The notes under the pieces: model-generated
What the model saw: the letters and a program-made list of their open reading frames with translations, nothing else
Database searches by the model: none
What the model was told of the DNA's origin: nothing
Program-made: the position numbers and the translations under genes
Assembly: GCA_001244265.2 (NCBI GenBank)
Contig: CDLV01000004.1
Span: forward strand, 868,001-932,000
Source: Microbotryum violaceum
Taxonomy: Eukaryota
Length of the DNA: 64,000 nucleotides
Reading direction: 5' to 3'
Shown here: positions 30,378 to 41,785 of the stretch, piece after piece
How positions within the stretch are numbered: position 1 is the stretch's first letter
How the letters are laid out: every line of letters begins with the position of its first letter

Positions 30378-33300
30378 TCAACGGGCGAATCCGACTTCCC
30401 CAACGGGTCGGGCAATCACTTGTATCTCAAGGACACACAAGGGTACAGGAGCTGGTCACAACGTGCGTTTATCAATCTTCGAGCCGACAAAGTATGGGAT
30501 GTCGTCAATCAATCCATCGACTCCCTTGTCGCGGACTATCGGTCCACGCTCGTTATCGCACATGCAACTGCGTCCGTCGCGCCAGTTGAACCAGCCTCCT
30601 CCGACTTTAGCGGGCTTGGGGGGGGGCTCTGGTTCTGCGCACTCGGACGCCTCGCCCAGGCTCACCAGCGTTCAAGTTGCGGACAAGGTCGCGGAATATC
30701 GCGAACGGGTCATCCGCCGCAACGATTTGGCATGCAAGTACATCGCCAATTCGATCTCTGAGGAACGGATGTCTCACTTGATTCATCTTACCTCGGCGTA
30801 CGAGATGTGGGACACCCTCCGTGGTCTCCACTCTCACGGTCGCCCGAGTCGCACTATGGACCTCCTCAACACTCTAGCGCAACCTTACTCTGGGGATATT
30901 CCTTTTAAGGAATTCGTCAACAAGGTCAAGATCGCCATGACCGATTTTCAGAACCTCGGAGCTCCGCTTCCGCATTGGCTGTTTGCAGGCATGCTCGTTT
31001 GGTCGCTCCCAGCCCAGTATGACTCGATCGTTGGGAACCTTGCCTCCGACATCGACATCCACATGGATTGGAACACGTTCTATCCGAAACTCCTGATGAA
31101 CGTCGAAATGGCTGATTCCCGAAACAAACAAAAGGAATCGTTATCCGCGCGGATAGTTGACAATACTAGCCTCGTCGCCCGTATTTCCACCACGGCGCAA
31201 AAGGACTACTCCAAGTCGTATTGTTCGCGCTGCAAAGCACTGGGACACGAGCGTGGTTGGCGTCTCTGTCCAAGCAGGAACAAGGATGCGAGCGCTCCCG
31301 CTTCCTCGGACTCAAATTCGAACGTAGCTGCCATTGGTGTAGATGAATCTGCATTGATGACCTACACTTTCCCCTATTCGTGAACGATGCCACGTTTTCC
31401 ATGGATCATTGACTCGGGTGCTAATGTCCATTGCGTTGGAGACAAGTCGGTCCTATCGGACGTTGTCTCTGAGCCTCTCAAAATTTCTGTCGCCAATCAA
31501 TCTCAAATCGAATCTCCCGGTCATGGCTCAGTGACGTTTCTTACCTCATATGGCGCTCGTATCACCATTAAGAGGGTCTACTACATGCCCGGTGCTCAAT
31601 GCGGTTTTATCTCCATCGACCGTCTGTTGGAATCGATGATGTACGCTGTTGGTCCCCAAAACAATCTCATTTTCAGCATCCGCGGCAAGTCGATTCTGCG
31701 CTCGCTTCCTGGTCGGGGGTTTGTCATGGATGCAGCTCCCGTTCAGCCTATCATGTCATCCTCACCGCCTTCAATGGTCGGAGCTAATCGTCTCACTGGA
31801 ACCTGTACGTTGATGGAAGCACATCGGAAGTTGGGCCATCAATCTCCTGCGGCGATCGTTTTGGCCATCAAATCCGGGGCTATCACTGGCATCACTCTGA
31901 AGGACGAAAAGGTTACTCCTTGCTTCTCGTGCATCCAGGCCAAGTCAAAGCGATCACCCTTCTCCAACAAGAGTACCGAAGCGCCTCATACACTCTACCG
32001 CGTCTTCATTGATCTCGGGTTTGTCAAACATCCCAATCACCATGGCGATACTATCTATCTCGCTATTGTGGATCAGTATTCGACGGCTAAATGGACGATC
32101 GTGCTAAAGGACAAGAGGGCTGAGACAATTATCGAAGCATGGTCGAAATTTCAAGCCGAGTCCGAGCGTCAAACGGGTCAGAAAATTCAAGAGGGTCAGA
32201 TTGGACAATGGTCGTGAACTCGACAACTCATTGTTCCGGGCTCTTCTTGAAAAGCAGGGCATCATCGTGGAATTCACGGCCCCCTATACTCCGGAGCAAA
32301 ATGGTCAAGTAGAGCGACTCAATGGGTCTCTCATGGGTCTCGTTCGATCAATGCTCCTCGACTCCGGTCTTCCCATGCGATTCTGGTCAGATGCTCTGGC
32401 CGTCGCGACATTTGTTCTCAATCGTCGACCACATCCTCGTATTCAAGGAAAAACGGCAATCGAAGTTCTTCTCGGCAAGAAGCCTAGTCTTGCTCATCTT
32501 CAGCCATTCGGATCTATGGCGTTTGTCCACGTTCCCAAGGAGCGTCGCTCCAAGCTTGCACCTCGCTCCATTCAGGGAGTTTTCATCGGGTGCTCCGGTG
32601 AATACAACTACCCTGTCTGGGTCCAATCGTCGAAACAGGTCTACGTTTCGCGTCACGTCACATTCCTTGAGACTCTTTCCGTCGTCACTTTGTCTCAAGA
32701 TTGTGCGGACGCTTCTGATCCCGTTCATCATTCTCAACCTCCTCATCCTCCTCATCCTCCGCCAGATGTGTTGCCGTCTACACCAACTTCACCTGTTGTG
32801 GATCCAACTTTGCCGGATCCACAGCCTCCTCCGGTGGTTCCAATTGGAGTTGGTCAACAGGGGGGGTATCTTGCAGTCGTTCCTCAAGAACCACTCGACG
32901 GTGAGGCGGAAGTCGCTCTCGCTCCTCGTGAAGGTTACGCCATCGTTCGCACTGGTCCAAATCCTGGCCAATTCGAGAATGTTGATCCTTCCAACATCCT
33001 TCCTGCTGGTTCTCGTCGTCGACCTCAACCTCCGGAAAATATACTTCCCATCATTTCGGCTATCATGGTCGATGTCTTGGATACTCCACCCATGTTCCAC
33101 GACAAGCTTTCTTACGATGCCTACTGTGCTGCCGTGTTCGCCGAAGAAGACATCGAGATACCCAAGACATTCGAGGAAGCCATGAAGTCACCCTATCGCA
33201 ACCATTGGAGTGCGGCAATGGTCTCAGAACTTCTACAATTCGATCATCATGGAGTCTTTCAGGAAGTCAAGTGGCACGAAGGAATTCGGGTACTCGGCAC

Positions 33301-34718
33301 GATCTGGGTCTACAGTATCAAGCGCGATGCAAACGGCAAAATCATTTGTTTCAAAGCTCGTCTCGTTGCTCAAGTATTTGCTCAACACCCAGGCATCAAC
33401 TACCATGACACCTACGCTCCTGTCGCTCGTTCTTCAACAATTTTGTTCTTGATTGCTCTGGCTGCTGCTCAGGGCCTGTATCTCGAACAGTTCGATTTCG
33501 ACTGCGCCTTTCTCAACGGCAAGATGACCGAGGATGTCTATGTTCGATACCCAAAAGGATGGAATCATCCTCAATCCCCTGGCAAGTGCCTCAAGCTCGT
33601 GGGTTCCATGTATGGCACCAAACAGGCGCCCCGTGAATGGTATCAAGCCGTCAACAATCTCATGGTGTCTCAAGGCTACATGAGGGCAACTGCCAATGCT
33701 TGCCTCTACATCAAACATTCGGGCACTTCGTTTGCTGTCATCACTCTCTATGTTGACAACGGTCTCATCGCGTCCAACAATCAGTCCTTCTTGAACTCCG
33801 AGCTCGGATCGCTTCACAAGGCCTTCCAGCTCAAGCGTCTCGGACCCGTCTCCTACTTCCTGGGCTTCGAAATTCATCGCACCAAAGATTACATCCTCGT
33901 TCACCAAAGCAAGTATGTCCGCACTATGCTCGAGAAGTTCGATTTCGCTTCTCCATCCAAGCGCCATGCAATCACGCCCATGGACGATCGCCCCTCGCTT
34001 CGAATTGATGCTACTCCATTTGTCGATGTGTCATTGTACCAATCGGCTGTGGGTTCCCTGCAGTACGCGTCCACTCGATGTCGACCCGATATCGCGATTG
34101 CTGTTCGTGCCGTTGCTCAAAAGAACTCCTGTCCAACTGTTGACGATTGGGCTGCGGTCAAGCGTATATTTCGCTACCTCAACAGCACCATCGATTTGGG
34201 AATTCTTTATCGAAACAGTTCCACAACTCGATTGATGGTCTACTCCGATGCCTCGTTTGCGGATGACCCGGAATCTTGCAGATCGGTGGGAGCCTATGCA
34301 TCAATGCTCGCTGGCGGCGTTATCTCCTGGCAGTCGAAGCAACAATCTATGATCGCTACATCCACTACCGAAGCCGAAATCCTCTCTGCATCCTCAGCCA
34401 CTCGTGAAGCAATCTGGCTCCGTCGTTTGGCTGGTGATGTCGGCATTCCACAAGCACAGCCTACTATCATTCAAGAGGACAACGCCGCATGCATCCAGAT
34501 CGCCAAGGATCCGGTCGATCACATGCGAACCAAGCACTTTGACATTGCTCATTTGTTCGTTCGAGAACGGGTTGCTTGAATACTGCCCTACCCACGTCAA
34601 TGCCGCGGATATTATGACGAAGCCTTTGGGATTTCAACGCTTTGATCAACTTCGTGCGCTACTTGGAATGGTCTCGTTAGTCTCTTTGACCGGTGGGAGT
34701 GTTAGAAGTGGGGTCTGA
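30372..34718 (+). pseudogene. Copia gag-pol (gag CCHC, protease, integrase, RT, RNase H), disrupted
   Basis: CSRCKALGH, WIIDSGA, HRKLGH..C..C, DNG.E, PEQNGQVER, KARLVA and YSDASF motifs. Lesions: frameshift near 30620, TGA at 31381, frameshift near 32188, YVDD>YVDN, deletion near 34575. Confidence 0.92.
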
Positions 34719-35394
34719 GAGCCTAACTCATTGCTATTAGTCTTGGTTAATACTTTATTCTGCGCGCGCGCCTATCTTTGTCTTTGCGTCTTTTTTCCTT
34801 CTGGGTTCCTTCTCCACGCTATTCTCATCATCTCACTCGTGTATCTCGGAGCTGAGTCGTGGGGTACCTCTTAGTCCTTGTTGCAACAGAGGGGAACCAT
34901 GGGGAACACACGGAGCCGAGTGACGCGGAAGAAGGGCAATCGCAGTCGGCCGAGACGGGGTCTGTGCCTGAGATTGTTTCGACGACTCCTGAGCATACCC
35001 CTGAGCTGACGCGGTCCCGATCGGCCAGTCACCATCAGCTTGATATGGATGGCCTTCCCGACGACTGGATGAATTGTGTGTCGGATCGCGAGTGCAAACA
35101 GGATGCCGGTCTGTACGATGAGATCACCGAGTTGGACCGCACCCCGTCTGTGACCGGTTGGATGCCTTCGCCGTCTCCAGGTCTAGTGTTCGATCCCGAG
35201 CCCGAGCCCAAGCAGGAGGTGGACGAAGGAAGTTCCCAGGGTCTTCGCCGGTCCGAGCGTATCCGGCGTCTCACCAGCGTCGCGCGCACATCGGACTGGA
35301 ACAAATCGACTGCTGCGGACCCGCTCCCCTCACCCACATTCGGACCTATGTTGTCCATCAAGGGAGCTGCTGCTGCAACGAAGGCGCGATCGTA

Positions 35395-37499
35395 ATGATT
35401 GAGTTCATCATCATGACCTGGAACGTCAACAGGGGCTTCAATACCCCTGAACGACGTCGTCTGCTTCTTTCGTATCTCACTTCGCTCACACCTCCCCCTT
35501 CTGCTATCCTTCTCCAGGAACATAATGCTCCTAAATCACGACAATCTCACATACGCCACAAGTATGCCCAGTCCCACCAGGGCAAGGCCTACTTTTCTGA
35601 ACACTGCCTCACTTTGATTCCAAGCTCTTCTCCTCTTCTTGGTGGTCATCGTCGCACACGTCAGTCTCTTGGCGGGCGCTTACTCGTGACCGCCTTCGAT
35701 GTGCGGGGTTCGACAGACGTCGTCGAACTCAACAATACCTACGCTCCGGTTCAACCCGCCGAGCGCCTCCTCTTCTTCACCTCCCTTCACTTACGGGCGA
35801 CCGTCTCCTCTCACATTCGGTTCATCGCGGGCAATCTCAACGACTGCCCTATTCCCGCGATGGATCGAGCGCAACAGGGTGGACCGCCCGAACACCCACC
35901 ACTGGCCTGTGCTTATGTCGCGGCTCGACGGGGTGTACACGGATGCCATTCGGCTTGTGCACCCACTGTCGCCGGTGACTACGCGCCCGCATCTCAGCAA
36001 GGACGGCCAGCTCATTTCGCGCGCGCGCATCGACTTTGTTCTGGTGCAGCGGCGACACGAGCGACGGATCTTACTGCTTCCACTCTGTACAATATCCCTC
36101 GATCCATGTCGGATCATCGACCGGTTACGGTCACATTTAGGCTGCGCGCAAGTGGTGCCGAGGTCGAAGAGGAGCTCTGCCTTCCCCAGGCGGCTCATTT
36201 TCTGACCCGCATCAACTCGTCGACCTTCAAACACGCCGAGTTTAAGGAGTTCGTCACTCCTCTCCTTGAGCAGGCACCGTCTGGGGATCCGGTCGCGGAC
36301 CTTCAGCGCGTACTCTCGGAGTCTCGGGTCCAAACTCTCGAGCTGTCTCAGCGTCTGTTTCGGGAGCGCAAAGCCCTCGAGATGATGCTGGTATCTCGAC
36401 TGCAAGACATTGAGTCTCGTCAGGTGCTGAGCCCCTTTGACACCATCGACTGGACGAACACCCACAACGCTCTCACCAAACTTGTGAACGAGCGAGCAAG
36501 GCAGTCCCGGATCAGGGCGCACGTGCCCGAGATTGCATCCGAGGAACGTCTCAGTCGTCCGGTACATGCCAAACTGGCTGCTCGGTCCCGGGACGTGAAG
36601 TTTCAGAGTATCCGGCTCGCTGATGGCGAGCTCACCACTGACATTGAGCGCGCGCTTGAGCACACCCATTCTCATTTCCAGCAGCACTACCTTGTCGAAG
36701 CGAAGGATCCGGAACAGGTCGTGATGATGCGGGATGAGCTCTTGGGACCCATCAGATCAGCAAGACCTTGTGACGACCCACTTTCCGACGCTCGCTTCCT
36801 TCGGCGCTTCTCAAATTCGCACGTCGACATTCTTGCCGAGCCCATCAGCGAGGCCGAGGTGCTCGCAGCGATTCGAACCACATACGAAGGTCGATCTCCG
36901 GGTCCTTCAGGGGTCCCCTATGAGATGTATCGAGCCTGCCCCTTGCTTTGAGCCCCTCTCTTGACTCGAGCCTACAACAAGCTGATTACTCGAGGCTCCC
37001 TTACTCCACAACAGAGCCAGGCCAATGTGCGCCTCTTGTTCAAACACAACAAACCTGGTGCAGCGCGGTGCAACCTCAAATCGTATCGTCCGATCACCTT
37101 GCGGGAATGCGACTACAAGATCTTCACCAAGGTCTACGTGGCTCGTCTGAACCGGCTCCTCCCTGATGTTCTTCCGGCCGGACAGCATGGGTTCGTCAAG
37201 GGGCGAAGACCAGCGGACGCGGCTTTGCATCTGAGGCTCCTGATCGACGAGATTAGGGGTCGTGGTGCAGAGTTCCCGACAGCAGCGCTCCTCTCCCTGG
37301 ATCAGAGCTCGGCTTACGACATGGTCGAGCACAACTGAGTCTTTGCGGTGTTTGAGGCTCTCAGCGCGTCTTGCGGATGCTCTACAACGGCGAGACGTCC
37401 ACAGCGCGGTACATTGTCAACGGTTTCCTTACCAAGACGGTGCGACTCCTGTGCGGTCTTGGCCAGGGCGATCCTATTTCTTCTTCTGTCTGAAATTTT
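35395..37499 (+). pseudogene. LINE ORF2: apurinic endonuclease and N-terminal RT
   Basis: TWNVN.G, LQE, NTYAP, G(N)LND, RIDF, SDH, SPGPSG.PYE.Y, YRPITL, QHGF and GLGQGDP motifs. Several frameshifts and stops. Confidence 0.9.
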
Positions 37500-37561
37500 A
37501 GGAACCTGAGGCCCAAGGCACAATGTACATAAGCACAAGAGCCAAAGAAGATAGTAAAGAT

Positions 37562-37751
37562 TGTTCCAGCATTGCAAGACTAACCTGAGGCCCGAGGCAC
37601 GATGTACGTAAGCACGAGAGCCGAAGAAGATAGTAAAGATAGTTGGAGAAGAGAGAGAAGCGCTAAGGGCACGCGCACTTGGAAGGCTAGAGGCGCGCGC
37701 GCGGCTAATATCAACAACTAGATACTAAACTATTCTAAGTGGGATGAAACA
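37562..37751 (-). mobile_element. Solo LTR (190 bp) abutting a 59-bp older fragment of the same LTR (37503-37561)
   Basis: TGTTCCA...TGAAACA termini and an internal (GC)n tract. 37503-37561 matches 37582-37640 with 5 G>A changes. No TSD. Confidence 0.7.
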
Positions 37752-37844
37752 GTAATACCCTTTTGACATGAAATGTGGTATTCCAACCCTTCCTTGATTC
37801 TCTCAGTCGACGCAACATTGCGCTGACTATCACTCTTCGCAAAC

Positions 37845-37972
37845 GCCAAATTGGTGATGCATCGAGTCTGCGGACGAGGAGCCAGCTCCGGCCAAATTGG
37901 TGATGCATCGAGTCTGCGGACGAGGAGCCAGCTCCGGCCAAATTGGTGATGCATCGAGCCTGCGGACGAGGA
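37845..37972. repeat. 46-bp tandem repeat x2.8 at the 5' junction of LINE-2
   Basis: GCCAAATTGGTGATGCATCGAGTCTGCGGACGAGGAGCCAGCTCCG starts at 37845, 37891 and 37937. Confidence 0.92.
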
Positions 37973-40900
37973 CGCTGACTGCGGGCCGAGAGCCAATCCG
38001 TCATGGAGGCTTTGGAGGCACGCGGTGAGCACATGAATGAGGCCGAGCGCGATGCGTATGCTCTTGCCAAGTCGCAGTTGGACCAGTTGGCGGTAAAGGA
38101 GGCTCAGTGGCTGCGCATTCGTGCGCATGTGCCGTCAGTCGACTCGAGGGAAGGTCAATCGGCAAGCATTCGCACGCGCCTCAACTGCCGGAGTCGCCAG
38201 ACGAGCATCGTCTCGCTGGAGGATGTGGATGGCACCGAGACCGTTGACATGCAGGAGGCGCTGGGTATTGCTTCACGGCACGCACAGTCGCTCTTCACGC
38301 CGGACCCAGCTCGTGGCGACCCGACGAACGCACGTCGGTCCCTGCTCGACCCTATTCGCGCAGCGAAATGCTACGATGACGACCGCTCGGACCCTACGTT
38401 CGGTCGTCGGCTGCCTCGTCAAGCGAGAGTGGCGCTTGACGAGCCCTTCACCCTCCTCGAGGTTGAAGCGGCGTTGAAGAAGACGGATTCGGGGCGATCA
38501 CCGGGGCCCTCGGGCATTCCGTACGAGCTCTTCAAGGCGCTGCCAGCCTACTTTGCTCCCAAGCTGTTGGACTTGTTCAACTCGATTTGGGATGGCGGCA
38601 AAATGACAGCATCCTTGGCAGAGGGGCTGGTGCGGCTCTTGCCCAAGAATAAACCGGGGGCCAATCTGAAATCACTGGGGGCATACCGACCGATCACATT
38701 GCGCGAGACGACCTACAAGGTCCTCAGCAAGGTCTTGGTGGCGCGACTCAATGGGGTGCTCGGCGAGCTTTTGCCGCCGGCGCAACACGGGTTCATGCCA
38801 TCAAGACGTTCAACAGACGCGGGAAGTCATCTCACTCTCCTTCTCGAAAAACTCAAGTCGCTAGGCACTGAAGTTTTCCTCGAGGGCGCCCTCTTGTCTT
38901 TGGATCAGCAGAGCGCGTACGATCGGGTCGATCACGCCTGGATCTTCGAGGTCTTTGAGGCCTTTGGGTTCGGTGAGCGTTTCATCTCGCTGCTGCGTGC
39001 TCTCTACGATCCCGAGACTCTGGGGGTGCGCTACCTTGTCAATGGGTTCCCCACGGACTTAGTGCGGTTGCTGTGTGGTCTCGGTCAGGGGGATCCCCTC
39101 TCGTGCCCGGTTTGGAACATCACGTTCCAGCCCTTCCTCGACGCCCTCGTTCGGCGCGGGATCGCGCTCGACCTGCAGAAGGTGTGGCTAGGGGCCCGCG
39201 TGCGCAGCTTACGCATCTGGCGTTTGCCGACGATGCTGTGGTGGTGGTGGAGTCACCGGCGGCATTGTCGAAACTGGAAACGCTGTCGCAGACGTGGTAC
39301 GAGGCAACCAACGGGAAGAACAACATGGACAAGACGCTGGTGCTACCACTCGGACCGAACTGGCTTCGGGACGAGACTGCGCAGGCGTTGCCAACGGTGC
39401 AGGAGGGGGAGAGCTTCAAGTGGTGCGGCTATGCCTTCTTTCGCCACGATGACTCGAAACTGTTTTGGACCCATGTTCTTGACAGGATCAAGACCAAGAC
39501 CCGCGCCGCTGGAGACCGGACACTTTGGCCGAGTGGGAAGGTGGAGCAGGACACCCACTGGCGGCTCATGTACGACGTGACACCGACGCGCAAGAGGCAG
39601 CATACTCAGGGTCATGCCTCTTCGCCGACGTGTCTGTTCTGCGGCAACGATGCAGCGGTCATCGAGACGGTGTCGCACTACTTTTTCGAGTGCGCGTACT
39701 CGACCAGCTTCTGGGGCGGGGTACTTCGCATTCTGTTCGACAAGCTCGGCATCGAGGATACCGACGTCGATCCGTCGACGTTCACTCCGGAGCAGCTGAC
39801 TATGGGGCTCCCCCTTTTGCAGGGTCGTGGGAGAACGACCTCGAAATGGATGTGGGTTCGGCTGGCTTGCGCGATCGGCTTCCAGCGGCTGCACCTGCTC
39901 CGCTGGCGCGTTCATCAGCGGTTCGAGCTGGACAAGGTCGTGGCCCCTCCCTCGCTCCCCAGTGCACTCAGAGCGTTCGAGCGAGATTTTTTCTCTCGAG
40001 CGGGCTTTGTGGCTGGGGCTCGAGATTGGGAGGTATGATGACCGAGTTAAGTCCTTCCTTCCCATTTTCCTCCCCTCCTTTCCTCCCTTCTTTTTCGGAG
40101 GTCGACTTCTCTTTCAGAAGCTGACTGTCTCGAAACTTGTTGCGCAGTGGAAGGCTGCGCACCTCTCTCTCTCTCTCTCTCTACACTTTGCGCAGTAGCG
40201 GTTTTCGTTCTTGGATGGATCGGCAAGCCGGGTCGATCGTCTTTGCGTTGGAGGCTTTGTGAAGTTTTCCCCTCTCCTTTCCCCCTTTTTCCCTTCCCTT
40301 CCTTTTCTCGTTCCTGTTGCTCAGTCGTTGACTACGCTTCATCCACTTCTCCTTTTACTCCTAAGCCGTGTGTTGGATTCCGTCGAATGGTTCGTTCGTT
40401 CGCGTTGGTCAAGATCTACGGCATGGCTCGGGACGAAAGGTCGCTCGTCTTTTGGTCAATATCCTCGCGTCAAGGCGAGGCTCGTTTTGTTGTATTGGAT
40501 CGCTTTTCGCTCGGCCCCGACGGCTCAACAGCCAGCACTCGAGATTCAGCCAAGGGAGGACATCAGGCGCTGTCGGGTGACGAGTAGCTGGGGCTTGGCT
40601 GCGGCCTGTTAGTCCCTGGGGACCTCTATCTCCGGCTTCGACCCCCTCCCTTGGCCCCTCGGGTGTGTTCCCCTCCTCTCTGTCTTAGTATTCCTGATTT
40701 TCCGTGTTTCCAGTCGTGAATTTCTGTATATTCTCCCCCTTCTTTCTCTAGGCGCTCTTGCCTGGTTTTCGAGTATCTTCGCTCCCGCCCTTGGGACGTG
40801 AAGCGGCAGCAGTACTCACCGCCCGTTGGAGTCCGTGTTAGGTGCTCGGCGGGCTTTGATCTGCGCAGCACTGTTTGCGCGCAGGGGTTTGACTTTCACC

Positions 40901-41010
40901 CAACTGCTTGCCGTCATTGCTTTATAACCTCCTTTAGCTCTTTTTGTAGCGGTCCCAGCCAATCCGAAGGATTGAAATTTATGAGCCCCATTCAAAAAAA
41001 AAAAAAAAAA
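37937..41010 (+). mobile_element. 5'-truncated L1-like LINE-2: RT, C-terminal Zn finger, long 3' UTR, poly(A)
   Basis: SPGPSGIPYE, YRPITL, LDQQSAYD, GLGQGDP, AFADD (frameshift near 39200) and CLFC..ETVSHYFFEC. Stop at 40038, A17 tail at 40994-41010. Confidence 0.92.
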
Positions 41011-41639
41011 GCGCACCTGCTCCCCCTATCGGAACTCGTAAATCGCCAAAAGTTGACCAAAACGTTCGACACGATCGGCTCCTTCGCGTTCACGAGGGAG
41101 CGCCTGGGAGTTGTCTTGTGCATGTGCTCGAGCTCCATCTGCTTGCACTAGGGATACTTCCTCAGTGCGGTACACTGATGAGATAAGAGAAGCGAGGAAA
41201 CCGCGAACAAGCCATTTGCAAGGCAGCATCCGCACACTCAAGTGCATCAGCTCACAGAGAAGAGGTCAGATAATTCACATCGCAAGCAGGTTGTGCTCCT
41301 TGAGTAGAACATGACTGACAATGATTTTTCACTGCGTCCTGTGGTACTGCCGAGCCTTGCTTTCGACACGCGTGACCCTTAACGGTTGAGTCGCTCCCGC
41401 TCCATGGCAACTTAGCGATCAAGATCCATGCTATTCGATGAAATTGGCTATGTGTAAGGTGTAAGACCGCATATGCGAATACTTGAGACGCTGCCAGAGG
41501 CTTGTGTGTCGTTTGACAGCGCCGTGTCGTCGATCTGAGCGAGCTGAGCGCCGACTACGTTTGAGAGTCCGGGAGAAGACTTAGCGAGAATCGTGGAGCA
41601 ATGGGCGCAGTCGCGGACATTTTCTCAGTAGTCGTGCAT

Positions 41640-41785
41640 ATTAATAACAGTAACTCAAAATCTAATCAAGCTCTGTGAGCCTGCGCATAACCCGCGCGCG
41701 CGCCTACCCCTTTGCCTTTTTCCGTTCACGTGTTCAGCCCTTCTCCCACCCAACTTTCTGTCCCCTGCCACACGGAAGCTCAACA
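41640..41785 (+). mobile_element. Probable LTR remnant
   Basis: AT-rich stretch, (GC)n tract, pyrimidine tract and a TCAACA end, the same layout as other LTRs here. The 5' end is not defined. Confidence 0.35.

Larger units (their letters stand above)
30179..34888 (+). mobile_element. Full-length Ty1/Copia retrotransposon B (4710 bp)
   Basis: 189-bp LTRs at 30179-30367 and 34700-34888 (TG..CA, 3 mismatches). TSD GAGGG at 30174-30178 and 34889-34893. PBS GGTTATGAGC, PPT GGTGGGAG. Confidence 0.97.
28709..35395 (+). pseudogene. LINE ORF1 (gag-like); pieces 28709-30178 and 34894-35395
   Basis: Pro-rich N-terminus, CCHC-like knuckle and NPF motif. Frameshifts near 29070 and 29240. TAA stop at 35393-35395. 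Confidence 0.75.
28709..37499 (+). mobile_element. L1-like non-LTR retrotransposon (LINE-1 of window), interrupted by Copia B and 3'-truncated
   Basis: ORF1 with a CRRCGVVGHSDNC knuckle, then ORF2 with APE and RT. Removing Copia B and one TSD restores the ORF1 frame (..GAEG|NHGEH..). Confidence 0.9.

Noticed and set aside
30618-30626. G9 run as a programmed frameshift
   Set aside because: It lies early in gag, where recoding is not expected. A homopolymer indel or sequencing error is more likely.
35791-36687. Long antisense ORFs (also 15193-15864, 39343-40065, 48518-49150)
   Set aside because: These are shadow ORFs of GC-rich coding sequence with no domain signal.
41167-41204. Hammerhead ribozyme (CTGATGA...GAAA with GCGGT/ACCGC pairing)
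   Set aside because: Only 2 nt are available for stem I and stem II does not pair.
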